The notes under the pieces are model-generated. The model saw nothing but the letters and a program-made list of their open reading frames with translations, ran no database searches and was not told the DNA's origin. Shown here one piece after another: positions 10,377 through 18,745 of a stretch of DNA of 64,000 bases. Position 1 is the first letter of the stretch; every line of letters starts with the position of its first letter. The position numbers and the translations under genes are program-made. Origin of the DNA: a virus; IMG/VR virus record IMGVR_UViG_3300049855_000474, positions 64,001 to 128,000 of that record. One strand, 5' to 3'.

Positions 10377-10979
10377 TTAAATTTTTGCGGCTAACCTCTG
10401 TTTACGAGCAGCTGTCGCATCCGCTCTAAGATTGATGGGCATCATAGGACGCTGAAGAAACCCATTAGCATTCAGAAATTTAGTACCCTCAGCAAGGTCT
10501 GCGGGATCCCAGCAGTGAGAAACTGCCAGACTCAAATATTCATGAGCAACTTTGTACTTGACATACATCTCAGCCATCTGCTCGATGACCTTTTGGTCAC
10601 GAATAGCTAGTTGTTTCATTCTAGACAAAAAGTCCTCAAGATACTGAGGAGGGAGAGCCTTCTCCAATAGAAGGTACCAAGCATTATCCTCAGCAACAAT
10701 CTGCCAAAGCTTCTCCTTAGGAGCATACTGAACCACAGCTTTCTGCTGCTCCAAATGAAGCGTAGGTATTTCCTCTGGCTGGGCATTCGGATCGGGCTTA
10801 TTAGAGTCAGGAACATTAGGTTCCGCGTACTCCACAGTCGAGGCAGGCTCTGAACTATTGATCACCTTCTCAATCAGACTCTTTAATAGCCCAACTTCCT
10901 CCGGTGTAAACAAGGAGCCCAGTAATACACTTTTCTGATTTTCCATTTGTAGTACTTGTTCTCCCAAGAAATTACCCAA
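10377..10979 (-). CDS. Hypothetical protein
   Basis: ~200 aa ORF, start uncertain. Confidence 0.5.
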   Translation of the reverse strand: MGNFLGEQVLQMENQKSVLLGSLFTPEEVGLLKSLIEKVINSSEPASTVEYAEPNVPDSNKPDPNAQPEEIPTLHLEQQKAVVQYAPKEKLWQIVAEDNAWYLLLEKALPPQYLEDFLSRMKQLAIRDQKVIEQMAEMYVKYKVAHEYLSLAVSHCWDPADLAEGTKFLNANGFLQRPMMPINLRADATAARKQRLAAKI

Positions 10980-11003
10980 CTACCTAAATAGACAACGCAG
11001 AAA

Positions 11004-12542
11004 TCATACCGATTTAAGCCACTCACGCAGTTTAGTGGCTGCATCTAAACTGTAGTTACGTTCCATGAAAGGAACTGCCTTATTACTAACTGGCATTTCA
11101 GCAGGATGAGACTGCGTCTGAGGACCCCTACGACGAGGAGTAGCATGAGAATCATTTCCATCATTGTAAGGAACAGAAGGAACACCCGCCTCTACCCCAC
11201 CACCAGCATCACCACCGTCACCACCGTCACCACCGTCACCACCGGCATCACCACCGGCATCACCACCGGCATCACCACCGTCACCACCAGCGTCAGGTGC
11301 TTCATCAGTATCCCGACCATTGTCATCAGTGAGTAGATTCAAAACCTTATCGGTCGCATGATCCAAATGCTCAGGCAACACGTAAACCCCAAGCTGGGAC
11401 CGGAGCTTAGTAATGAACTTACCTACAGACTTATCCTGCTTTTTCTTCTTTTTCTTCGCCACAATAGCCCCCGCTAAACGCTCCACAGTCTCAGCCCCTC
11501 GACTGTACCCAAGCGCTTCCAATCTACTAGAAATGCTATCCGCCAAATCTTCCAAGCTCCGGTCAGTCAAAACAGAAGCCTCTAGTTGCTGACCTGGCTT
11601 GATACACGTAGGCTCACCATGTAGATCGCGCGTAAACGACAAGGGATAACCAAATTTCTTGGTTCCTTTAAAGGACAACGAGACATCCTTCACCAACCAA
11701 GCAATAGGCTTGATCACAGGAAGAGGCTCATCCTTATCCACATACTGCACAGTCAAATGAGGAACAAAGCTAGGAAACGACTCCGTATCCACTAAGTCAG
11801 GATCCAACGATTGCAAACAAGAAACCAATTGATCCCGAAACTTAACAAGCATCGGAGCCTGTATCCGAGCAAAATGAGGAACCTTAGCCTTGTCAGAAGG
11901 AAAAGAACCAGAACCAGAAATAGTCACATGGAAAGGTGCCCAAGTAGAACACAACTCTTGTACAACAGCCTGAACATCCTCAAGCTGATTCTTCTTCAGA
12001 GTCAGGGAACAAAGAGTAATATGCGGTGGATCCTCAAGGTCCTTCGCCCCAGGTACCCGACCACAAACCTGAGCCCAGATATTCTCAGGTACTAGAACCT
12101 CTACGATACTCGACTCATGAGCCTTCGCATCAACCACTAGAGAAGCCTGAGTAATACTAGCTGACCGAATGCTAGTAACTACCATAATAAACTTGTGATT
12201 CAAAGCATCAGCAGCATCAGCCCCAGCAACCAACTTAGTCGTATCTGCCAAAACCCCTAAAAATTCCTCTCTACCAACCTTGAAACGCATCGCATTGTTA
12301 ATAGAAGAACGAAGTGAATTGTAGATTTTTAGAAACTCGTTAGAGTCCTCGTACCGCCAAAGGAACTCCAAACTAAGCTCATCATCCGACTTATCACCAG
12401 TTGCACTCGCACGCAAAAAAGTGATAGGATGAGAAGAGCCATTTAACGACAACTCCACATCCATCCCGTTGTATTTGCCCAAAGCATGGACAGCGACCTG
12501 GGGATTTGTAATGCTTTGCTCAGCCGTGACTACTCTAAACAT
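11004..12542 (-). CDS. 2H phosphoesterase (2'-5' RNA ligase-like) domain protein with N- and C-terminal extensions
   Basis: Two HxT motifs (PPHITL, VPHLTV) about 90 aa apart; Gly/Asp repeat near the C-terminus. Confidence 0.8.
   Translation of the reverse strand: MFRVVTAEQSITNPQVAVHALGKYNGMDVELSLNGSSHPITFLRASATGDKSDDELSLEFLWRYEDSNEFLKIYNSLRSSINNAMRFKVGREEFLGVLADTTKLVAGADAADALNHKFIMVVTSIRSASITQASLVVDAKAHESSIVEVLVPENIWAQVCGRVPGAKDLEDPPHITLCSLTLKKNQLEDVQAVVQELCSTWAPFHVTISGSGSFPSDKAKVPHFARIQAPMLVKFRDQLVSCLQSLDPDLVDTESFPSFVPHLTVQYVDKDEPLPVIKPIAWLVKDVSLSFKGTKKFGYPLSFTRDLHGEPTCIKPGQQLEASVLTDRSLEDLADSISSRLEALGYSRGAETVERLAGAIVAKKKKKKQDKSVGKFITKLRSQLGVYVLPEHLDHATDKVLNLLTDDNGRDTDEAPDAGGDGGDAGGDAGGDAGGDGGDGGDGGDAGGGVEAGVPSVPYNDGNDSHATPRRRGPQTQSHPAEMPVSNKAVPFMERNYSLDAATKLREWLKSV
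11200..11295. repeat. Coding tandem repeat of 9/12-nt units (GGD/GGDA)
   Basis: Runs of ccaccgtca and ccaccggcatca encode AGGDGGDAGGDAGG. Confidence 0.85.
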
Positions 12543-12544
12543 AA

Positions 12545-12814
12545 TTAAATCTTCCTATCCATCTCGCGAAGTAAGCGACGACAAATTGCATCCCATTGAG
12601 GATCCTCTAAAACTTTCTCAATAGCCTCTCTAAGCTCAAGCTCTGCACTAGAGTTCTTTACAGGTACAGGAGAAAATTCAGGATAAGCCGGTCGAGCTAT
12701 AGACCCCCAAGGATGAGGTCCATTATAACCCTGAGCCATGTAATATAAAGTTCGCACTAACTCAGACTTAAACTTAACCCTGGCTCTCTCCGTAGTTAGA
12801 GAGTTTCGACTCAC
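12545..12814 (-). CDS. Hypothetical protein
   Basis: 89 aa, coupled to neighbours. Confidence 0.5.
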   Translation of the reverse strand: MSRNSLTTERARVKFKSELVRTLYYMAQGYNGPHPWGSIARPAYPEFSPVPVKNSSAELELREAIEKVLEDPQWDAICRRLLREMDRKI

Positions 12815-13401
12815 TTACTAGCCTCAATATGTGCCTTAAGCTGCTCGGAAAAAGAAGCTGTTTTAACCGCTGCTTCACGTGCAGCTATACGAGCCTTCCG
12901 TGCCTCACCAGCAGCAGAAACCTTAGCCAACTTCTGTCCGCCAACGTACTTTCGAAGCATCTTAGCCATGAAAGAAACAACGGACTTCACATCCTTAGCG
13001 CTAATAGCCCCTGCATTAGCCATCGACTTAGCCATCTGAGCCAAAGGATTCACCACCTCAAAAGGCACAAGCCCACCCTTCAAGAACTCAGCAAAAGCAG
13101 CCACATCCTCTTTCTTAGCCACAGGCAATTCATCAGTCGCAGGAAGAGGGGGATGAACTTTGTCCTTAGGCTTATCAAGAACACGCTGATTCTGATGGAG
13201 AGCGCCAGTATCATCCTTCTCCTGAAGATCATTCAAAGTTTTCTCTTGCTCTTTACGAAAAAACTTCTTCCAGAAAGGCGATTCCGCCTGCGGCTTCTGC
13301 TGTTCCAGAGCTAGACGCGTCATACCCGCCGTACGGTCCAATACCGCAGCAACCGTCAATAGGCGCTTTTGCACATCTTTTCGCATTGTTACAATCCCCA
13401 A
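12811..13401 (-). CDS. Hypothetical Ala/Lys-rich protein, possible internal head protein
   Basis: ~190 aa; the real start may be the ATG at 13386. Confidence 0.55.
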   Translation of the reverse strand: MGIVTMRKDVQKRLLTVAAVLDRTAGMTRLALEQQKPQAESPFWKKFFRKEQEKTLNDLQEKDDTGALHQNQRVLDKPKDKVHPPLPATDELPVAKKEDVAAFAEFLKGGLVPFEVVNPLAQMAKSMANAGAISAKDVKSVVSFMAKMLRKYVGGQKLAKVSAAGEARKARIAAREAAVKTASFSEQLKAHIEASK

Positions 13402-13537
13402 GGTTAGTAGAATGGCTTGAACCGCTAATTAAACGCGGAAAGCACTGTCCCTACCAAATAACCAGGGTTGTAGGTATGCTCGGAACTTAGGGAGATAGCT
13501 AGGAAATCAGAGTTCTCACCACAGGAAAGTATGTCAA

Positions 13538-14578
13538 TCAAACCACAAAATCCAACTGCTTTTGAAGCTCAGAAAAGGAACCAAAAATCTGCTTCTTAAT
13601 AGACTTACCCAAGATGTAGATAGATGTAGGTACATTCCAGTCCTGCTGGATAGCGGGAAGTACCTTATCGTTCCAACGCTCCCAAGCCTTAGGATGTCCC
13701 TTAACTTCAATAATACAATCATATTCCGGCAAGTAGAAATCTGGGAGATAAAGGATTCCACCAAATTCATACGGAACTTCCATAAGGTAGTCAATCCCAA
13801 GACTAATTAAGACATTGGCTAAGTCAGCCTCCCAAGAACTGCGGAACATTTGAATTGATCCATCCACCATTACAAAGTCCCTGACAGGGATTCCTAACGC
13901 TGCCTTTACACGCGCAATTTTAACATCAAGCGGCATATTAGCCCAATCGTCCTGAACACTTGAAGCAATCTTAGAATTGATTTCGTGGCGATAGGGAGCT
14001 TTTGTAGCCACTGCCTTGGCACGAGCTTCTGGAGAATTGCAATTTACGAAGTTATCCATATTCTTCAACTTGGACTCTTCACTGCGAGTATCCCAAGCTT
14101 GTTTGGCTAGATCGATGTACTTCTCGGGATTACTATTCCTGGTTTCAGAGATCTTTCTTCCATGATCCGGGTTATTCCGTATCTTAGCTCCAATTAGCTC
14201 ACCCCGACGCCTCTTCTGTTCCGACGTTTCCGCAGCCCGGATGGCCTTCATCTTATTAGATTGAGCTTTTCTCTTCTCCTCAGTATAAGAAGCTTTGGTT
14301 TTTGCAGCTATTTTCGCTTTTTGCTCAAGAGTCTGATTTGCACATCGGATTTTATTTACTGCACTAATTTTAGTATCAGAATCGTTTTTAGCTCTAGTTT
14401 CCAGAATAACCTCAATAACTTTTTGTTTTTGTTCAGTACTACGAGCTGCATGCATCGCCTTACTATTTTCACTAATCTTCTTACGGGTTTCCTCTGATAC
14501 CTTAGTTTTTCTATTCAAAGCAGCTAACCGCTGACGCTCTTTTGTCTCTTCGCTGACTACCTGACCTTTTCTCGGCAT
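13538..14578 (-). CDS. NUMOD3-repeat / PD-(D/E)xK homing-type endonuclease
   Basis: SEETKER / SEETRKKIS repeats, then FRSSWEA...YLPDFYL...IIEVKG. Confidence 0.8.
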   Translation of the reverse strand: MPRKGQVVSEETKERQRLAALNRKTKVSEETRKKISENSKAMHAARSTEQKQKVIEVILETRAKNDSDTKISAVNKIRCANQTLEQKAKIAAKTKASYTEEKRKAQSNKMKAIRAAETSEQKRRRGELIGAKIRNNPDHGRKISETRNSNPEKYIDLAKQAWDTRSEESKLKNMDNFVNCNSPEARAKAVATKAPYRHEINSKIASSVQDDWANMPLDVKIARVKAALGIPVRDFVMVDGSIQMFRSSWEADLANVLISLGIDYLMEVPYEFGGILYLPDFYLPEYDCIIEVKGHPKAWERWNDKVLPAIQQDWNVPTSIYILGKSIKKQIFGSFSELQKQLDFVV

Positions 14579-14656
14579 AAACTAATACTCTGTAATGTGG
14601 GTTAAAGAGGAAAACCTCATTACTCGACAAGGTAACGAGGCTCTATCTTTTGTCAA
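14579..14656 (-). promoter_or_regulatory. Sigma70-type promoter overlapping a terminator-like hairpin (copy 1)
   Basis: TTGACA (14651-14656), 16 nt, TACCTT; stem 14615-14623/14632-14640 followed by TTTT on the minus strand. Confidence 0.6.
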
Positions 14657-14676
14657 GCTAATTGAAAGCACTGAAG

Positions 14677-15054
14677 TCACTTTTGCTGCTTTAGGTCCAA
14701 AGAAACTTCCCTTGCACGAATTGCTCGCACAGACTCCGCCTGTTCCTGCCTCTTCTCCTCAGTATAAATAGCCTTCAGCTTAGCAGTCCGTTGATTCCTC
14801 TGTTCCTCGGTTTCTTCCGCTCTAGCCTTCCTTTGACTTTCACTAAGCTTCGCATCAGTTCCATTTTTAGCTCTAGTTTCAAGTTTTGCTTCTTTAACTT
14901 TCTGTTTTTGTTCTGAACTGCGTGCGGCGTGCTGTGCTTTACTTTTCTCGCTAAGCTTCCTGCGCGTTTCTTCTGACATAGGCTTCCTAGTCAGGGCAGC
15001 TAATCGTTGTCGCTCTTTCGTTTCTGCACTAACCGTTTCACCTTTTTTTGACAT
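14677..15054 (-). CDS. NUMOD3-repeat protein, nuclease-less paralogue of 13538..14578
   Basis: Aligns by eye to the first ~115 aa of the neighbour (ETKERQRLAAL, AARSxEQKQKV, LETRAKN, YTEEKR, AIRA), then stops. Confidence 0.75.
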   Translation of the reverse strand: MSKKGETVSAETKERQRLAALTRKPMSEETRRKLSEKSKAQHAARSSEQKQKVKEAKLETRAKNGTDAKLSESQRKARAEETEEQRNQRTAKLKAIYTEEKRQEQAESVRAIRAREVSLDLKQQK

Positions 15055-15131
15055 AAATAAACTCCGTAATGTTGGTTAAAAGAGGAAAACCTCGTTACCA
15101 ACACAGTAACGAGGCTCCATATATTTGTCAA
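15055..15131 (-). promoter_or_regulatory. Sigma70-type promoter overlapping the capsid-gene terminator hairpin (copy 2)
   Basis: TTGACA (15126-15131), 17 nt, TACTGT; perfect 9-bp stem 15090-15098/15106-15114 followed by TTTT. Confidence 0.65.
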
Positions 15132-15169
15132 CTGCTTTGAAGCAGAAACCTTCTTTACAAGTTTACAGC

Positions 15170-16306
15170 TTAGACGCGGATACCACGAACCAAACCACGC
15201 GTGTTACCCAAAACTTGCGCCTGAATTTGCTGCAAAAACCAGCCGCGAGCAGCTCTTGACTGGTTGTAAAGATCAATGGCTCGGCTGTCAAGTTCCTTGA
15301 TCTGACAGATGGTACCGAGAGTCACGGGGCTCGAAACCACGAACACCTCACCAGGCTGCAAGACCTGAAGGGTGGGGTAACGGTAACCGTCCGTGAGGAT
15401 TTCCATACCAAGTAGGCTGCCGAGGCGACCTTCAAGGATAAGCTCATGCTTGTGAACCTGGTCGTACCAAGCAGTGAACTCACTATGTGCGATGATGTCG
15501 TTCCAAAGGTCGAACGAGATAATCATCGTCGCAGCGGGGGTGCCCCAACGATTGACCGCAGTACGCATCGTGGTCAACACCGAGGGAGTGAACGAGGGGA
15601 AAAGAGTGAGGTCGTTATGGACCGTCGCGCCTTGCACCATAAGTGCGCGCGAGATATTGTCCTCCTTACGAAGAACAGCCTCAAGACCGTCCTGGAACTT
15701 CTGGTCCAAGAGATCCGTGGAAGCCTGAGCAATTTCCTTGTCTTCGATGATGATCGAAGCCGTGATGTAATACTCGGGAGGATAGATCCAATCCTGACGA
15801 ATGCGCTGCTCTTGAATCTTGGTATCCGACGTCACCTGGTAGGCAATGACGTCCTTTTTGCGAACCTTGACTCGGGCGTTCTGACCGGGCGCAACGTTCT
15901 GCATCGCAAAGATCTTACGGCTGAAACCTTCGCGACCGAGGGTCTCCCAGATCTCATCCGAATACACTTCACCAAGAACCGAGAACTTCTCACTCGAACG
16001 GTCATGGAAAGCCTGGACCAGCTGAGCCTGACGCTCCGCAGCAGCTTCCTTCGTGATACCACGACTCATAACGGTCTCAGTTGCCGACTGCTGAACAAGC
16101 TGCGCAATCACTTGCAACAGCTCCTTATTCGAGCTAGCATTCAGCTGACCATTCGCGCCGAAAGCAGGACCATCCGACATGCGGACAGAACTACCAACGC
16201 GCACACCACCACGAAGACCATCCTGCGAAACGGCAGGAACATCACTGGCACTCGCCATCACTCGAACAGGCTTATTGGCACCACCAGGTGCGTAGGGACT
16301 AGACAT
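15170..16306 (-). CDS. Major capsid protein (HK97-like fold)
   Basis: 378 aa, strong AAGGAG RBS, strongly biased codon usage; REGFSRKI, PPEYYITA, DLLDQKFQDGLEAVLRKED, EGRLGSLLGMEILTD, LQPGEVFVV, RGWFL as in jumbo-phage capsids. Confidence 0.85.
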   Translation of the reverse strand: MSSPYAPGGANKPVRVMASASDVPAVSQDGLRGGVRVGSSVRMSDGPAFGANGQLNASSNKELLQVIAQLVQQSATETVMSRGITKEAAAERQAQLVQAFHDRSSEKFSVLGEVYSDEIWETLGREGFSRKIFAMQNVAPGQNARVKVRKKDVIAYQVTSDTKIQEQRIRQDWIYPPEYYITASIIIEDKEIAQASTDLLDQKFQDGLEAVLRKEDNISRALMVQGATVHNDLTLFPSFTPSVLTTMRTAVNRWGTPAATMIISFDLWNDIIAHSEFTAWYDQVHKHELILEGRLGSLLGMEILTDGYRYPTLQVLQPGEVFVVSSPVTLGTICQIKELDSRAIDLYNQSRAARGWFLQQIQAQVLGNTRGLVRGIRV

Positions 16307-16502
16307 TACAGTTTCTCCTTACAAACTAATTTTTGTTTGTATCAATTTGAATCAGTTTTCCGTTTGTAATTCTGTTAAGTCTATCGAACTAGTTCTGGTG
16401 GATAGTTCAGCCGTAAATTAGGGTAGTTATTCTTATCGTGTCTAAAGTCGTCAATTTGCTGACATTTTTTAGGTCAGCAAAACTGACCAACTAAGACAAT
16501 CC

Positions 16503-16763
16503 TCACAGGAAGCGAGTGACGCGAACGCGAGGAGAACCGGTGGCAAAGTCAGTATCGGGAGCCGTGATGAGTACAGGTGACCCATTTAGCGGTGCGATAA
16601 TTGCTTTGAACCTATTAATAGATACTCTGGGCAAATCATTAGCGATTTTGACGCTAGATTCCGTAGTATTATCGGCATAGGTAATATCCACAGCAGAGTC
16701 CACTGTGTTATCCCTCTGAGCAGTGAGGGTCTCGCCAAAATACACACCAGATTTCATTGACAT
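16503..16763 (-). CDS. Small hypothetical protein upstream of the capsid gene
   Basis: 86 aa ORF. Confidence 0.5.
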   Translation of the reverse strand: MSMKSGVYFGETLTAQRDNTVDSAVDITYADNTTESSVKIANDLPRVSINRFKAIIAPLNGSPVLITAPDTDFATGSPRVRVTRFL

Positions 16764-16878
16764 ACAAAAATATAATATGTCAAATTAGTAGTTTAGCCTC
16801 CTAAGATAGGGCTTCATGGTAGAAATCGTCCAAAAAGTACCAAAAATCGACAGGATGCCATGTAAAAGAGTAGATACG

Positions 16879-17454
16879 ATGCCAGAACTCACAAAAACAC
16901 AAATCGGAACATTCAAGTCTGAGGACTCTATAGTCGCTGGGGATCTGGCGGCTGGGGCGGATTCGGGGCTGATCTTTGCAGCTAAGCCGGGAATATGGAA
17001 AATATTCCGCTTAGCGGATGAGACTCACACGCATGAATTGATAATAATTCATGAAAGTGTGAAGTCCTTTTCTGAGGAGAGGGCGTCTTGGATTGCTGAA
17101 CCTGCTGAAGTGTCTATAGTTTCTGAAAATTGTGGGTTGTTTGACTTGCAGGGATTTCAGACAAACAAAGAAGAAATAGAACTTATGTTTGATCGAAAAA
17201 TAGGTACAGCAGGGTATCTTACAACAGAGTTAGGCTGTTTGACTAAGGCTGGGTACGGAATAGGCTCGTACAATTTGCTTTTGTGCTATAATAAGGATGG
17301 CGAGGCTATCGCTGGCAAGTTGATTTTTATTGACGAAGTTTACGATAATGATTTTGAGAGTTATGAAGACGATAAGTCAATTGACGAGTGGGCTCCATCG
17401 CTTTGGGACGAAGATTTAGATTTTGGAGAAGATGATGACTACGAAGAAAACTAA
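16879..17454 (+). CDS. Hypothetical protein with acidic tail
   Basis: ORF track starts at 16816; I prefer ATG 16879 because TGTAAA lies 12 nt upstream. Confidence 0.55.
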   Translation: MPELTKTQIGTFKSEDSIVAGDLAAGADSGLIFAAKPGIWKIFRLADETHTHELIIIHESVKSFSEERASWIAEPAEVSIVSENCGLFDLQGFQTNKEEIELMFDRKIGTAGYLTTELGCLTKAGYGIGSYNLLLCYNKDGEAIAGKLIFIDEVYDNDFESYEDDKSIDEWAPSLWDEDLDFGEDDDYEEN

Positions 17455-17866
17455 AGTTAGCAAGAAGAAAGCCAAGACGCCAAAGCAGGCAAAGCCTAAA
17501 GGTCGTCCTAAGAAGATTAGGGTGGTGGTTCTGGAATCAGAAGTACCACCTCTTGGTGAGGATGGGGCTGTTGATGTAGTTGACGCACCAAAGCCAGAGG
17601 ACCCCACGCCGGAAGGTGAGAAGTTGGACTTTGACGGTCAAGCTTCGAAGGTAGAAATCTACTCTTCTTATTGGGGTCCTTGGGGAACGCCGGACACGTC
17701 TAAAGAAACAATAATCCCTACTGCACTTCCGCAGGAAGTTATGTCAGAGGAGCAGATTCAGGACTTCAAGGATATTGTGAACAGCAAGCACCTGCAACTC
17801 AGGATAGAGTTACCTTGGTACAAGCGATGGTGGGTAGCTATCTGGAAGTTTTTGAAATCTAAGTGA
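17423..17866 (+). CDS. Hypothetical protein, basic N-terminus and Trp-rich amphipathic C-terminus
   Basis: Ends LPWYKRWWVAIWKFLKSK; followed by a terminator. Confidence 0.55.
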   Translation: MEKMMTTKKTKVSKKKAKTPKQAKPKGRPKKIRVVVLESEVPPLGEDGAVDVVDAPKPEDPTPEGEKLDFDGQASKVEIYSSYWGPWGTPDTSKETIIPTALPQEVMSEEQIQDFKDIVNSKHLQLRIELPWYKRWWVAIWKFLKSK

Positions 17867-17872
17867 AGCAGC

Positions 17873-17900
17873 AGAAAGGGAGCCAATTGGCTCCCTTTCT
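17873..17900. terminator. Bidirectional terminator
   Basis: Perfect 28-bp palindrome agaaagggagccaa/ttggctccctttct between convergent genes. Confidence 0.8.
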
Positions 17901-18457
17901 CATTTCTGCCTCTTACCTAGCGAACTTGTCGGACCCATCTGACCTTGGTAGTGGGAACCCAGAGCTTTATTTCCGTAGGGTACAGCGACAGGAGTTGACA
18001 TCCTAGTGAAGTTCATTTGGGCAATTTCCATGCCTTCGTATAGCTTAATTGGCCAGGGACCTAGATTGACAATCTCTAGAGTGACTTGACCAGTGAAACC
18101 TGGGTGGATCCAACCGGCTGCTACGTGGGGTAGGAGGAACAGACGGGCGAGGCTGGATTTGCCTTCAACTCGAATAGCGATGTCCTTAGGGCAAGTAATA
18201 ACTTGCTGGGTTGATCCTAATACACAGTGTCCTGGGTCTAGTCTCCAGACAGGAGAGTCGACTTCCTTCATGTAGTCTCTAGGATTATGAATCCTGAGAT
18301 CCAAGCCATCAGCCTCCACAAGCTGATTAGAATGAAAGGGAACAAGGAACCCTCGGGCTAAAGAGAGGTCATAGCTAGCAGGCTGGACCCTGTCGGCATC
18401 GTAAGGATGGACGATAGAAGGACAAATTTCTCTAATATGGACATCACTTAATAGCAT
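17900..18457 (-). CDS. dcd: dCTP deaminase
   Basis: MLLSD, VQPASYDL, VEGKSSLARL, PGFTGQVTLEIVN, YQGQMGPT. Confidence 0.92.
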   Translation of the reverse strand: MLLSDVHIREICPSIVHPYDADRVQPASYDLSLARGFLVPFHSNQLVEADGLDLRIHNPRDYMKEVDSPVWRLDPGHCVLGSTQQVITCPKDIAIRVEGKSSLARLFLLPHVAAGWIHPGFTGQVTLEIVNLGPWPIKLYEGMEIAQMNFTRMSTPVAVPYGNKALGSHYQGQMGPTSSLGKRQK

Positions 18458-18466
18458 AAATCTCTT

Positions 18467-18745
18467 TCAGCTAATACAGAAGTTGGGGCTGTTTTTAATG
18501 GTTTCATATACAGTTGCGAAATCTTTTTGCTCGTGAAGATACTCACAAAGTGCCAAATCTAGAGCAGCTAAGGCTCTGGCTTCCTCGGGGCAATTTTGCT
18601 TGAAAGCAAGCCACTCTTCGGAAGTATCTAAGTTGAAACGTAAGAGATAGTAGCTATTTAAGCAGTTCTCTAGGTACTGTACGGTTATAATTCCAATAGA
18701 GTAATTCTTAGCTAGCAAATCGATTTGATCTACGGTTAGTCTCAT
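18467..18745 (-). CDS. Hypothetical protein
   Basis: 92 aa, coupled to neighbours. Confidence 0.5.
   Translation of the reverse strand: MRLTVDQIDLLAKNYSIGIITVQYLENCLNSYYLLRFNLDTSEEWLAFKQNCPEEARALAALDLALCEYLHEQKDFATVYETIKNSPNFCIS

Noticed and set aside
13402-13537. tRNA suggested by GGTTCAAG on the minus strand
   Set aside because: No complete T-stem, anticodon arm or acceptor stem can be built.
15446-16369. 307-aa plus-strand ORF
   Set aside because: Antisense shadow of the codon-biased capsid gene, with no RBS or recognisable motifs.
16757-16783. TTGACA plus TATAAT as a sigma70 promoter
   Set aside because: Spacing is only 8 nt; the sequence is an inverted repeat (ttgacata/tatgtcaa) and at most an operator-like site.
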